Counted from the stretch's first letter, positions 1-9,266 are shown. The stretch is DNA of 64,000 bases from Candidatus Falkowbacteria bacterium GW2011_GWF2_43_32 (GCA_000999715.1 LCGL01000001.1:131139-195138); one strand, 5' to 3'. The notes: generated by a model not told the origin, from the letters alone. Numbers and translations are program-made.

Positions 1-144
1 ACTGGTGGCGTCTATTTCTCTGGCCGTTTCCGAATCAACCTTAAAGCCCTCGTTAATGGTATTGATGCCGAAAACAACCGCGGGCACCAAGGCCACCGCG
101 ATTGCCAGCCAAAAAAATTTTGATTTTAAAAGATGCTTTTTCAT
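1..144 (-). CDS. 5' part of a gene for a secreted/membrane protein, truncated by the left window edge
   Basis: My own translation of the minus strand from the ATG at 144-142 gives MKKHLLKSKFFWLAIAVALVPAVVFGINTINEGFKVDSETAREIDATS. The frame stays open to base 1. A basic N-terminus followed by a hydrophobic stretch indicates a signal peptide or anchor. The fragment is too short to appear in the ORF track. Confidence 0.4.
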   Translation of the reverse strand, partial: MKKHLLKSKFFWLAIAVALVPAVVFGINTINEGFKVDSETAREIDATS

Positions 145-175
145 AAAATATTCATTAGGTCTTAAGCGGGCTGTC

Positions 176-802
176 TTATTTTATCGCCTCCAATTTTTTG
201 ATTCGCGCTTCCAGGCTATCAATTTCCGCCTGCTGTTCTTTAATCGCTTCAATCAAAGGGGCGACCAAGTTGGCGTAATGTACCGATTTCGTATCGCCAG
301 CTTCGGAAACTAAAACCGGAAACACTTGTTCCACTTCCTGAGCGATTAAACCGATGCCGGCCTCGCCGTCCTTAATCCAATCAAAAGAAACGCCGCGTAA
401 TTGCAGGATCTTGTCCAGCGAACTGTCCAAAGTTTTGACGTTCTTTTTCAATTTTTCATCCGAAGCATAAACAAAAGCCGTCGCCGCCGCCGTGCCGTTG
501 ACGTGCAGGAGATAACCTGGACTGGTTGTACCGATGCCAACATCGCCGTATTCAACAACAAACCCTATGGCAGGCTGATTTTTGGCAACATAGAGACCAC
601 CACCAACTTCTCCCAAGCGCTGGACTCGCAAATCCTCGTTCAAATAACTGCCTGTAATCGCCGCCTCCGTTTTCCAAACTGCCAGACTAAAGACGGCAGT
701 CGTCAAAATAACGCCAATCACCAACCAAGGCGCACCGACTTTCACATTCTTGAGATTGTTCATAAGATTGTTCATAAAATTTAGATTATTATCTATGTTC
801 AT
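176..802 (-). CDS. Short tail-fibre-like protein with an N-terminal TM anchor, one GDVGIGTTSP unit and a C-terminal endosialidase-chaperone (peptidase S74 / PF13884-type) domain
   Basis: This is ORF 176-871. The hydrophobic segment is GAPWLVIGVILTTAVFSLAVW. The C-terminus reads SDEKLKKNV..LRGVSFDW..GLIAQEVEQVFP..YANLVAPLIEAIKEQQ followed by a coiled-coil tail, and it is paralogous to the C-terminus of 3355-7695. The track start at 871 lies inside the upstream terminator hairpin, so I prefer the ATG at 802; the ATG at 775 is also possible. Confidence 0.75.
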   Translation of the reverse strand: MNIDNNLNFMNNLMNNLKNVKVGAPWLVIGVILTTAVFSLAVWKTEAAITGSYLNEDLRVQRLGEVGGGLYVAKNQPAIGFVVEYGDVGIGTTSPGYLLHVNGTAAATAFVYASDEKLKKNVKTLDSSLDKILQLRGVSFDWIKDGEAGIGLIAQEVEQVFPVLVSEAGDTKSVHYANLVAPLIEAIKEQQAEIDSLEARIKKLEAIK

Positions 803-831
803 ATAATACCATATTTTGAAAAACCCGTAAA
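803..831 (-). promoter_or_regulatory. Candidate sigma70-type promoter (TTTACG-17 nt-TATTAT on the minus strand)
   Basis: Read on the minus strand, TTTACG is at 831-826 and TATTAT at 808-803, separated by a 17-nt spacer. If this promoter is used, the real start codon is the ATG at 775 rather than 802. Confidence 0.3.
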
Positions 832-865
832 TAAAAAGCCCCTCCTGACAAAAGTCAAGCGGGGC
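829..865 (-). terminator. Rho-independent terminator after the 882-2828 gene
   Basis: The minus strand reads GCCCCGCTTGAC-TTTT-GTCAGGAGGGGC, with 11 of 12 positions paired, followed by TTTTTATTT. Confidence 0.55.
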
Positions 866-881
866 CCTCAAATAAACACAA

Positions 882-2828
882 CTACTGTTGATAAACCGTT
901 AAGCGATCGGTGCGATCGGCCAAGAAAACTTTATCTCCAAAAACGGCGATACTGCCACTCTTGCCCGGCGCGGTTGTCCAGAGGATGTTACCACCCAAAT
1001 CCATTCTGGTTATTCCAACATAACTACCACCAAACCGATTAGAAAAATAAAAACTATTCTCGTCATATTTCCTTACAAAAATATGTGTACTTTCACTTCC
1101 CTCCGCAACAACTTGCCGCCAAATCAAGTCCAAGCCTTGTCCGTCCGCTCTCAAGCGATAACAAGTTACAAGAGACTTATAGGGAATACCTTCTGACAAA
1201 CTGCCAAAACTTTCACTGACAATCAACAAGGAATCGTTCGGAAAAATTTGTAGGCCCTGGGCTCCTGAGCTGTTAGAATAATCAGGCCCCAAAACTTCCC
1301 AGAGCTCGTTGAAGTTCTGGTCAAACTTGGAAATTACGAGTACGCCATAAGCCATAAACCCTCCCGCCATAAAAATGTCGTCATCCATAAAAACAATATA
1401 GTCATAATCCGTCACCAAGCTTGGTTCACCAATGATCTCTCCATTCGGATTCAATATCGTAGTTTGCTGAAATCTCGGGGTATAAAGATTTCCATTCGCG
1501 TCCATTGCCAAACTGGGAGCCATTCCCTGTCCGGGATCAACCAAGGTACTCCAACGCAACTCACCGCTTTGACAATCATAGGCGTCAATATAAGTGTCGC
1601 CATCGCCAATTCCCAGGGCGGCATTTCGAACGATGTGATAATAAACCACCCCATTGGCGACGATAATGCCACCGCGGGGATAATCTATTTGGTCGGTTAC
1701 AATATCATTTTTCCAAACCAGTTCGCCGGCGGTATTGAATTTGGCGACGAAAGCGTCTCCATAAATACCGTTAAATTGTCCGCCGACATAAACATTCCCA
1801 TCCGCATCAACTTCCAAATCCCAAATCTCGGTTTCGGGGATGTAAAATCCCTCCAAAGTGGTAAATACCATGTCTGCGCCATAGGTCGTGCCGAGCGCGT
1901 TAGTGGCGGTTATGCGGTAATAATAGGTCGTTCCTCCGGTCAATTGTCCCAAATTAAACGATACGGTCGTATCGTTGATAATCACGGCGCCGGAACTGAC
2001 TACTACCCGATTGCCGTAATCCTTGGCCAAATCATATTCAAAAGAAATGGAAGTAACCAGCGCGTTGGCTTTAACCACGGCATTTAAAGTCGCGGTCGTA
2101 ATGCCCACCTCGCTGGCGGCTTGAGTAATCACAATCGGCGCGTGATCGGCAATCAAAGTGGAGAAAGTAAAATCATAACCGTATCTCGTACCGGCCGCAT
2201 TTACGCCTTTCACGGCGTAATGATAAAGTTCACCGTCTTCCAGGCCTTCCAAGGTCACCGACACCACGGTATCGCTTTTGATAAGCAAACCGGTGCCGAC
2301 TGTCGCGAAATAACGATAAGAAGTGGTCGGGCCGTATCCGAAAGAAATATCAACCGGCAAAGGATTGGCCTGAACGGCGGCAAACAAAGTAACCGTCGTC
2401 GTTCCCACTCCCTCCGCTTCCATGGTCGTGACTACCGGAGCGGAAACGGGCGCGGACAAAGTTCGAAAAGAAAGATTGCGTCCGTAACTGGTGCCGGCTT
2501 CGTTTTTGGCATAAGCTTTCACCGCGTAATCGGTGTCCGGACTCAAGCCGGAAACAAGCACGGAAAACGGACCGTAACGCTTATTCTCCGCCGAATAAGC
2601 CTGGCCTGATTCCAAAATGATAATACCCAAATCCAACAGAGTTGCTCCTCCGTCAGATTCCAAACTGCCGTTAATGACGGCGGAGCGAGCAGTGACGTCA
2701 CTGCAAGAAACCGTGGTTACTTTCGGCAATTCCGTAAATACTTCGGGTTTGCAACAAGAAAACAAAATCATCTGCGCCAAGCCGGTTGCTACAACCAGCC
2801 AAATGGCAATAACTTTAATTTTTTTCAT
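882..2828 (-). CDS. Lipoprotein with three FN3-like repeats and a C-terminal beta-propeller (SBBP/PQQ-like repeats)
   Basis: The protein is 648 aa with signal and lipobox MKKIKVIAIWLVVATGLAQMILFSC. It has three ~95-aa repeats ending GTSYGRNLSFRT, GTRYGYDFTFST and GTTYGADMVFTT. The C-terminal half carries repeats such as DADGNVYVGGQF..FVAKFNTAGELVW, typical of SBBP-type propellers. Confidence 0.7.
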   Translation of the reverse strand: MKKIKVIAIWLVVATGLAQMILFSCCKPEVFTELPKVTTVSCSDVTARSAVINGSLESDGGATLLDLGIIILESGQAYSAENKRYGPFSVLVSGLSPDTDYAVKAYAKNEAGTSYGRNLSFRTLSAPVSAPVVTTMEAEGVGTTTVTLFAAVQANPLPVDISFGYGPTTSYRYFATVGTGLLIKSDTVVSVTLEGLEDGELYHYAVKGVNAAGTRYGYDFTFSTLIADHAPIVITQAASEVGITTATLNAVVKANALVTSISFEYDLAKDYGNRVVVSSGAVIINDTTVSFNLGQLTGGTTYYYRITATNALGTTYGADMVFTTLEGFYIPETEIWDLEVDADGNVYVGGQFNGIYGDAFVAKFNTAGELVWKNDIVTDQIDYPRGGIIVANGVVYYHIVRNAALGIGDGDTYIDAYDCQSGELRWSTLVDPGQGMAPSLAMDANGNLYTPRFQQTTILNPNGEIIGEPSLVTDYDYIVFMDDDIFMAGGFMAYGVLVISKFDQNFNELWEVLGPDYSNSSGAQGLQIFPNDSLLIVSESFGSLSEGIPYKSLVTCYRLRADGQGLDLIWRQVVAEGSESTHIFVRKYDENSFYFSNRFGGSYVGITRMDLGGNILWTTAPGKSGSIAVFGDKVFLADRTDRLTVYQQ

Positions 2829-2926
2829 TATTCAAATTTTAAAGTGCTGATTGTATTGAACAACCTCAATACTTGGTTCGTCTCTTTGTTGAGACTGATT
2901 TAAAGATAAGCTTTAAATCTATCTGA

Positions 2927-2955
2927 AGTATAGTATATTTTTATATAAATGTCAA
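2927..2955 (-). promoter_or_regulatory. Near-consensus sigma70 promoter for the 882-2828 gene (TTGACA-17-TATACT)
   Basis: On the minus strand TTGACA is at 2955-2950 and TATACT at 2932-2927, with a 17-nt spacer. Confidence 0.5.
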
Positions 2956-3011
2956 TAATATAAGCTAAATCTTATTTAAGATTAGCTAAAATACGGCCAT
3001 AATATTAAGCC

Positions 3012-3353
3012 CTAACGCCGCGGTCTCAAGTTTTCCAGCAACTGCTCATATTCAGCATCGGTGAGTGTCGGCGTAGCGGTGGGCGACGGTTTCAAATTTT
3101 CCAATAACTGCTCATATTCGGTGTCGGAAAGCGTCGGCGTGGCGGTGGGCGACGGTTTCAAATTTTCCAATAACTGCTCATATTCGGCCGGAGACAATGT
3201 TGTGCCGCTATCCTCGCTCTTTTCTTCATTCAACCAAGGAACGATTTGTTCCAGCGGTTTGTCCTTCAAGCTCAACAACAAATAGGCGACCGCCAGCGTC
3301 ACCAAGATGGCTATGATGGAAATGATAATTCTTTTGGTTTTGATGTTTAACAT
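3012..3353 (-). CDS. Small membrane-anchored protein with tandem 22-aa repeats
   Basis: The protein is 113 aa with N-terminal TM segment IIISIIAILVTLAVAYLLLSL. It then carries 2.4 copies of EYEQLLENLKPSPTATPTL(S/T)D(T/A). Confidence 0.6.
   Translation of the reverse strand: MLNIKTKRIIISIIAILVTLAVAYLLLSLKDKPLEQIVPWLNEEKSEDSGTTLSPAEYEQLLENLKPSPTATPTLSDTEYEQLLENLKPSPTATPTLTDAEYEQLLENLRPRR
3031..3190. repeat. 66-bp tandem repeat, about 2.4 copies (units start at 3031, 3097 and 3163)
   Basis: The unit ttttccaataactgctcatattcggtgtcggaaagcgtcggcgtggcggtgggcgacggtttcaaa recurs head to tail with a few substitutions. It lies in-frame inside CDS 3012-3353. Confidence 0.9.
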
Positions 3354-3354
3354 A

Positions 3355-6300
3355 TTATTTGATTATTTCTAAAGCTCTGATTCTGGCTTCCAAATCATCA
3401 ATAGTTTTGGTTTTCGCTTCCAAGTCCTCAATCTTGGCTTGCTGTGCTTTGACGGCCTCAATCAAAGGCGCGACCAAGTTGGCATATTGCACGCCCTTGG
3501 CTCCGTCCTGACCGAAGACCAATTCCGGGAAAACTTTTTCCACCTCTTGCGCAATCAAACCGACACTTGGCGATCCGTCTTGTTTCCAATCGAAAGTAAC
3601 ACCGCGCAATTTCAAGATTTTTTCCAAAGAATTATCGATACTCGCGACATTTTTCTTCAAATTGCGATCGGAACTCCAAATGAAAGAGCTCGCTTTGACG
3701 TTGCCGTTAACTTCCAGTTTTTCGCTCGGCGCCGTCGTCCCGATGCCAACGTTCCCCGACGTCGGCAAAATTGTAATTCTGGCGGTTCCATCAAAATTTC
3801 CTGACTTAATATGAAAACGTTTATCAGTATCGGTTCTCAATCCCATCCACCAGTCATCCGTTCCGGCGGTCTGGAAATAGACTCCGCCGGCGTTCGTCGT
3901 AGCGCCTCTGTCAATTTCTATCCCGGCTCCGGTGGAACTGTCCAAATGCAAACCATACCCGACAAGATCACCGGCTACGGTTAGCGCTTGGTCGGGCGCG
4001 GTGGTGCCGATGCCGACATAACCCAAATTGTTAATCCTCATCATTTCCGTGGCATTACCGGTATTCCTGGAACCGAACGTTAAAGCGCTAGTTACCCCGG
4101 CATTTATAGCTACACTCTTGATAAATCCGCTGACACCGACGCCGCCGGTGGAGACGTCATTCGCGTAAAATTCAATGCCGCCATAATCATTAGCCACATC
4201 TATAGTGGTGTGCGTGTTCTCTATTCTAAGGTATGGGGCACTGGCTGAAGAGCCGCCATCTTTTGTAATCTGTAAAAGTTTCGCCGGCGCTGTCGTCCCA
4301 ATCCCCACATTCCAAGCCGTAGAACTGGCATAAAGATTGGAGCCGCTCAAACCCCAATAAGTGCCGGCCATACTATCAACATAAGCTTTCGTGGCGGCAT
4401 CGGTGTCAACAGTCGGTGTAGCCACATTACCGATTTTTCCGCTGCCGGCTTTGATGGTATAACCGGAGGCCACAGTCGCCACTTCCAATCCGGCAGTCGG
4501 TGCGGTTGTTCCAATTCCGAAATAACCGGAACTGTTAATAGTCATTCTGGTAGCCGCATTCACAACAAACTGCATTAAATCACCACTATTATTATACACA
4601 ATCCACCCTCTATCCGTGTCATCGCTATCGCCAAAATCCAATCTGGCGACAGACGATGTCCCGGAGGTAATTCTTGCAATCGTATTTCCTGTTCCCAAAA
4701 TATGTAATTGAACTTCAGGGGCTGTCGTGCCGATGCCGACGTTGCCGGCTTGTGTCCAAGTCAAAACATCTACGTCAGCTGCAGAAGTATTAACATGTCC
4801 TAGTGTTGCTGAATCTCCTGCCTTACTAGCAATAAATGCCATATTATTTTCAAGTCCTGCTTCAGAAGCATCATAGTGTCTAATTTCTAATCTTTTTTGT
4901 TGAGTTACTTCACCATTAATTCTTACTTTGGTAGTTTCTGCTGATTCTGTATTAATATCTAAATGTGCTTGTGGGCTTGTTATTCCTATACCCACCTTCC
5001 AAGCCGTGGAGCTGGCATAAAGATTGGAACCGCTTAAACCCCAAGGCTGAGAAGCGCTGGCCACGCTGTCGGCATAAGCTTTCGTGGCGGCATCGTCATC
5101 GGCAGTCGGTGTGGCGACATTACCGATTTTTCCGGCGCCGGCTTTGATGGTATAGCCGGAGACCGCAGTCGCTACTTCCAATCCGGCGGCCGGCGCGGTG
5201 GTGCCGATGCCGACCAAACCGGTTGACGTCAATCTCATTACTTCGGAATCCTGCGCTGCTCTAAAAGCCAAATATCCCATTTCTGCTACCGTGTTATTTG
5301 AAAACGTAATAATCGAACCATAAGGCGTGGTTGTGTCTTTTGTAATTACAAATTGTCTTACTGAAGAGGGGGCCACGCTACCAAGAGTTAAACTTATTGT
5401 TCCGCTGTCCGTGTTAGTCCCGGTTGAAACATGAAGTTTAGACGCCGGAGCGATAGTGCCGACGCCGACGTTGCCACCTAAAGGATTTAACAACAAGTCA
5501 TAAGCAATGGACGCCGTACCAAAATTCCTAGATTGGATATAAGAAGGATAAGGAGATCCGAGCGTTCCCATGACCATTCCGACATTACTTCCGTCGCCAA
5601 CTACTAAAGCACCCTGGGCTGCCGGAACAGTTAAGTCAGGCGTGGCTAAAGCCGCTTTTACTTCTAGAGCCCGACGCGGATTAGTCATTCCGATGCCGAC
5701 GTTGCCGCCAACTTGCTGCAAAATCAGATTATTATCACTAGTACCACCTAAGTCATAGGCCTGAAGACCAGTGTAAGTATCACCACTTGTCGCTCCAGTT
5801 AAAATTCTAAAACCAGAGCCAACCCCAGTAGCATAATCAGAGTTATAAAATCTTGCTAAATCGGATGAAGCGGAAGACGGTTGAACATGCAAAGCCGACG
5901 AAAGTGCTACAGTAGGATTGAGAGCTATCTTTCCTATCACTGTTAAGTTGGCAGAAGGCGCCGTCGTCCCGATTCCGACTTTTCCATTGGCTAAAATACG
6001 CATACGTTCTGTCAAAGCAACATCGGCTACAGCATTACGAGTTGAAAAAACTAAATCTCCTATCGTATTTGTTCCACCATTAGTAAGATGCCCCTTAATA
6101 GACGCCCAACCAAGCGAGCCTGCCGCTACCGATTGAACGTTACCGAATATTAATGCTCCACCGCTACCGGCGCTGGTAGTTGATGAATTTAGTGCTAACA
6201 TATCAGTCCGCACGCCGGCATCTGTCAGATTGGCCGTTAACTGACCGGCGCCATAAAGCTCAAGTTTTGATTTTGGATTCGTCGTCCCAATCCCCACATT

Positions 6301-7695
6301 CCAAGCCGTAGAACTGGCATAAAGGTTGGAACCGCTCAAACCCCAGTAACCGACCGTGGAACCAGAACCACCGGCAAGGGTAGCGACCAAATAACCTTTA
6401 TTGACAACGTCTTCATCCTGAGTGATGGTGGAGGTTCTCATCTTAATTAAATCACTGACATCTAGTTGCGCTAAAGGAGCGGTAGTACCGATGCCAACGT
6501 TGCCGGCATTAATAGTCATATAAGAAGATGCGGCCGTCCCCCATGATTGAATATTATTATTAGGATCTCTCTCCCACCACGTTTTAGTGTCAGTCATGGG
6601 AGTCGTAAAAGAACTGTCAACCGAAATAGCGTCATGAACTCTGGCGGTAGTCCACGACGTACCCGCCGCATCTCTAACCAACCAAATCATGTTTTTGACA
6701 AAATTGCTTGACTTACCCTGAAAAGTGGTTATTATTTGACTATTTCCTGCCGTTTCTCCCAATAATGTTGTTTCTAAAACATCTAATTTTGACCCCGGAG
6801 CGGTTATACCGATGCCTGTATTACCAGAAACTAGAGAAACAATATTACCATTGTCTCTTACCGCCCAAGCCCGATCAATTGATTGAACTTCTTCTACTGT
6901 CGGCACGCCGAACCAATTTGAGACACTAACACCGGCATTGTAATAATTTAAAAACCTAAGCTTAATATAGGCAACATCGGCCCCTAATCTGTAATTACTG
7001 CTGGCGGTATCGCTTGGATTGGTCCAATCATTAGCTGTTCCCGAGCCAAAAAGATAACCGGTTTTTCTAAACCAAGTGTTGGCGGTCAAATCTCCGTTCC
7101 AAAAATAATAATTAGCAGTGCCCACGCCGGCCGAATTATAACAATTGACTTCCGCTTTAGCACTATTATAACAATCAAATCCCAAATATCTTGTTCCCGT
7201 GGTGGCATTATCTGTCCGAATCCATAAACTCAGCCTATAGGTTTTTTCATTATCAACCGGTATAAAATTTGAATATATTTGAACATCGCCGGTGGTAGTT
7301 ATTTTTAAAACTTGAGCATATTCTCCGGTGGGTAACTGCATGGTTTCTACGGAATTACCGGCTTCACCGGTCCACTGATTCATATCTGCAAAATACGGAT
7401 CCGGCAATAAATTATCGGAAGCGGGCGACCAAGAATAGGCATTATAAATATTATCTCCGAATTTTATATTACCGCTGACATCTAAAGCGGTCGTCGGCTC
7501 AGTCGTCCCGATCCCCACATCTCCGTCGATGTTCCAAATTCCGTCACCGGGGAAAGTGGCACCGTTAGCAAAATCCGGGCCGGTCTGCGCTTGTGCCATT
7601 GTCAAACCGAAAAGAGCGACCAAGGCCGCGAGAGAAAAAATTAATATTTTTTTAGACATAAACGTATTGTTTAAGCTGTTGATTATCTTTTCCAA
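3355..7695 (-). CDS. Giant secreted tail-fibre-like fibre protein (1446 aa) with a C-terminal S74-type intramolecular chaperone domain
   Basis: The signal peptide is MSKKILIFSLAALVALFGLTMAQA, so the start is possibly at 7659. I count about 14 G-x-V-G-I-G-T-T-x-P units, plus internal duplications such as AGLEVAT..SGYTIKAG.GKIGNVATPT.D.DAATKAY.D..WGLSGSNLYASSTAW.VGIG. The last 105 aa (3358-3672) read SDRNLKKNV..LRGVTFDW..GLIAQEVEKVFPELV..YANLVAPLIEAVKAQQ followed by a coiled coil. Confidence 0.85.
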   Translation of the reverse strand: MEKIINSLNNTFMSKKILIFSLAALVALFGLTMAQAQTGPDFANGATFPGDGIWNIDGDVGIGTTEPTTALDVSGNIKFGDNIYNAYSWSPASDNLLPDPYFADMNQWTGEAGNSVETMQLPTGEYAQVLKITTTGDVQIYSNFIPVDNEKTYRLSLWIRTDNATTGTRYLGFDCYNSAKAEVNCYNSAGVGTANYYFWNGDLTANTWFRKTGYLFGSGTANDWTNPSDTASSNYRLGADVAYIKLRFLNYYNAGVSVSNWFGVPTVEEVQSIDRAWAVRDNGNIVSLVSGNTGIGITAPGSKLDVLETTLLGETAGNSQIITTFQGKSSNFVKNMIWLVRDAAGTSWTTARVHDAISVDSSFTTPMTDTKTWWERDPNNNIQSWGTAASSYMTINAGNVGIGTTAPLAQLDVSDLIKMRTSTITQDEDVVNKGYLVATLAGGSGSTVGYWGLSGSNLYASSTAWNVGIGTTNPKSKLELYGAGQLTANLTDAGVRTDMLALNSSTTSAGSGGALIFGNVQSVAAGSLGWASIKGHLTNGGTNTIGDLVFSTRNAVADVALTERMRILANGKVGIGTTAPSANLTVIGKIALNPTVALSSALHVQPSSASSDLARFYNSDYATGVGSGFRILTGATSGDTYTGLQAYDLGGTSDNNLILQQVGGNVGIGMTNPRRALEVKAALATPDLTVPAAQGALVVGDGSNVGMVMGTLGSPYPSYIQSRNFGTASIAYDLLLNPLGGNVGVGTIAPASKLHVSTGTNTDSGTISLTLGSVAPSSVRQFVITKDTTTPYGSIITFSNNTVAEMGYLAFRAAQDSEVMRLTSTGLVGIGTTAPAAGLEVATAVSGYTIKAGAGKIGNVATPTADDDAATKAYADSVASASQPWGLSGSNLYASSTAWKVGIGITSPQAHLDINTESAETTKVRINGEVTQQKRLEIRHYDASEAGLENNMAFIASKAGDSATLGHVNTSAADVDVLTWTQAGNVGIGTTAPEVQLHILGTGNTIARITSGTSSVARLDFGDSDDTDRGWIVYNNSGDLMQFVVNAATRMTINSSGYFGIGTTAPTAGLEVATVASGYTIKAGSGKIGNVATPTVDTDAATKAYVDSMAGTYWGLSGSNLYASSTAWNVGIGTTAPAKLLQITKDGGSSASAPYLRIENTHTTIDVANDYGGIEFYANDVSTGGVGVSGFIKSVAINAGVTSALTFGSRNTGNATEMMRINNLGYVGIGTTAPDQALTVAGDLVGYGLHLDSSTGAGIEIDRGATTNAGGVYFQTAGTDDWWMGLRTDTDKRFHIKSGNFDGTARITILPTSGNVGIGTTAPSEKLEVNGNVKASSFIWSSDRNLKKNVASIDNSLEKILKLRGVTFDWKQDGSPSVGLIAQEVEKVFPELVFGQDGAKGVQYANLVAPLIEAVKAQQAKIEDLEAKTKTIDDLEARIRALEIIK

Positions 7696-7700
7696 TTATA

Positions 7701-9266
7701 TCATTTTCTGTAATAGTAATCAAATAAAACATCGGCTAAAAAGGGCGAATGGAATTTATCCGGCCAAGCCGGAAAAACCGCTCGCAAAAAGAATTGATTG
7801 ATGGACGGCGTGACGAAATCTAAAGCGGTGCCGGCCGGCAATTCTTGCCAGTTTTGACCGTCGGTGGAAAAAGAAAGTTTTATCGTTTCCGCGCTGGCCG
7901 CGTCCAAATTCAAACGACTCTTGGCGATACCCTGAAGAGAAAATTGCGGCGCGCGCGCCAAAGGATTGAATTCCACTTGCGCCGGCGTGTTGTTTTTAAA
8001 ACCGCGGTCCACAAAAGCTTTCCATTCCGTTTGATCGTTATCTATTGTCTTGGCTAAGAGCACATATTTATCGGCCGCAGTTTCCGCCAAACGAAAAGCG
8101 ACCGCATCCACACTGCCCAAAGTCCGACTGAAAACCGCTTCCCCGACAATGTCTTCGCCGCCGTTCTGCCAAAGCTTGATTAGGCGCGGTCGCGACAGAG
8201 TCGTACTGAAAACATACCAGTTGACATCCTGAGCGCGAGTGGCTTTAATCGCTTCCGCCTGAAAACCGTTGGCCATAACGCGGATATCAAAAAATCGGCT
8301 GATATCGGTCAATCCCTCGGGCCGAACGCGATAGGCAATGCCCTTATAAGCTCCGTAAATAAGCAAGAAATCACTCTCTTCCCCACCGCCGCCGAACAAG
8401 CCGAAATACGATGAATTGATTTGATTATTAAGCGTGGCGCTTAACAAAGGCGTAAATTCCCGTCCGTCAAAATAAAAAACCAAACCTTGATAACCGCTAG
8501 TATTTTTTAAAGTGAAACCGACTACCCAGCGTTCCGCCAAAGAGAAAAAAGAAATGGCGCTGATTTCCCGGTCTTTGACTTCCGCCGGCAAAGCTAAGGG
8601 CCGATCATTATAATACAATTCGCCCCATCGCTGTTCCAGGCAATCGGCGCCCAAACAACGACGGTCAAAATAAGGACCTTTGAAATTATTGAAATTAAAA
8701 TCCGTCCAAGAATCCGCCTGGGCGGCCACCAGATCTTCGGCGGCCGTTTGCCAACTGTAATCCGGCGGAAAAAACAGCGCCGTCGCCGTTTTATCTTGGT
8801 AAAGCGTAGTTTTATTGAAATTCATGAAAGCTTCGGAAGAAAAAGTATCAAAAAAAGTGCCGAAAGTCAGTGTCGGATCAATAATATTGGGTAAGGAATC
8901 CGTTTTCGTCGTATCGGAGTCTCCCGTCAGCGAATGCTGGGGACCGATGGTCAAAGAAGAAACGGCCGGAATGACACCATCAGGTTCATCTTCCTTGGTA
9001 ACATTGACCGAGGTCGGCGGCACGACCGCTTCTGTCCCCTTCTCCGTCTCGTTCTCCGTCAGCACCGTCGCCGCCGGCTGTTCGGACGGCGCGGAGGCCG
9101 AGAAATTAAATCGGGAAATATAATAAGCCAAAAAATAAACGATTACGCCCAGGAACAATAAAATAAAAGTTCGGAAAATTGTCGTTCCCAGTTTTTTTCC
9201 GCTTGACAATTTTTTAGTTGGAGTTTTTGCCGACATAAAACAAAGAATTTTAATCGGAAGAGACAA
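7701..9266 (-). CDS. Membrane-anchored extracellular protein of unknown function
   Basis: The protein is 521 aa with one N-terminal TM segment, TIFRTFILLFLGVIVYFLAYYI. I recognised no motif. It sits between fibre genes on the same strand. Confidence 0.6.
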   Translation of the reverse strand: MSLPIKILCFMSAKTPTKKLSSGKKLGTTIFRTFILLFLGVIVYFLAYYISRFNFSASAPSEQPAATVLTENETEKGTEAVVPPTSVNVTKEDEPDGVIPAVSSLTIGPQHSLTGDSDTTKTDSLPNIIDPTLTFGTFFDTFSSEAFMNFNKTTLYQDKTATALFFPPDYSWQTAAEDLVAAQADSWTDFNFNNFKGPYFDRRCLGADCLEQRWGELYYNDRPLALPAEVKDREISAISFFSLAERWVVGFTLKNTSGYQGLVFYFDGREFTPLLSATLNNQINSSYFGLFGGGGEESDFLLIYGAYKGIAYRVRPEGLTDISRFFDIRVMANGFQAEAIKATRAQDVNWYVFSTTLSRPRLIKLWQNGGEDIVGEAVFSRTLGSVDAVAFRLAETAADKYVLLAKTIDNDQTEWKAFVDRGFKNNTPAQVEFNPLARAPQFSLQGIAKSRLNLDAASAETIKLSFSTDGQNWQELPAGTALDFVTPSINQFFLRAVFPAWPDKFHSPFLADVLFDYYYRK

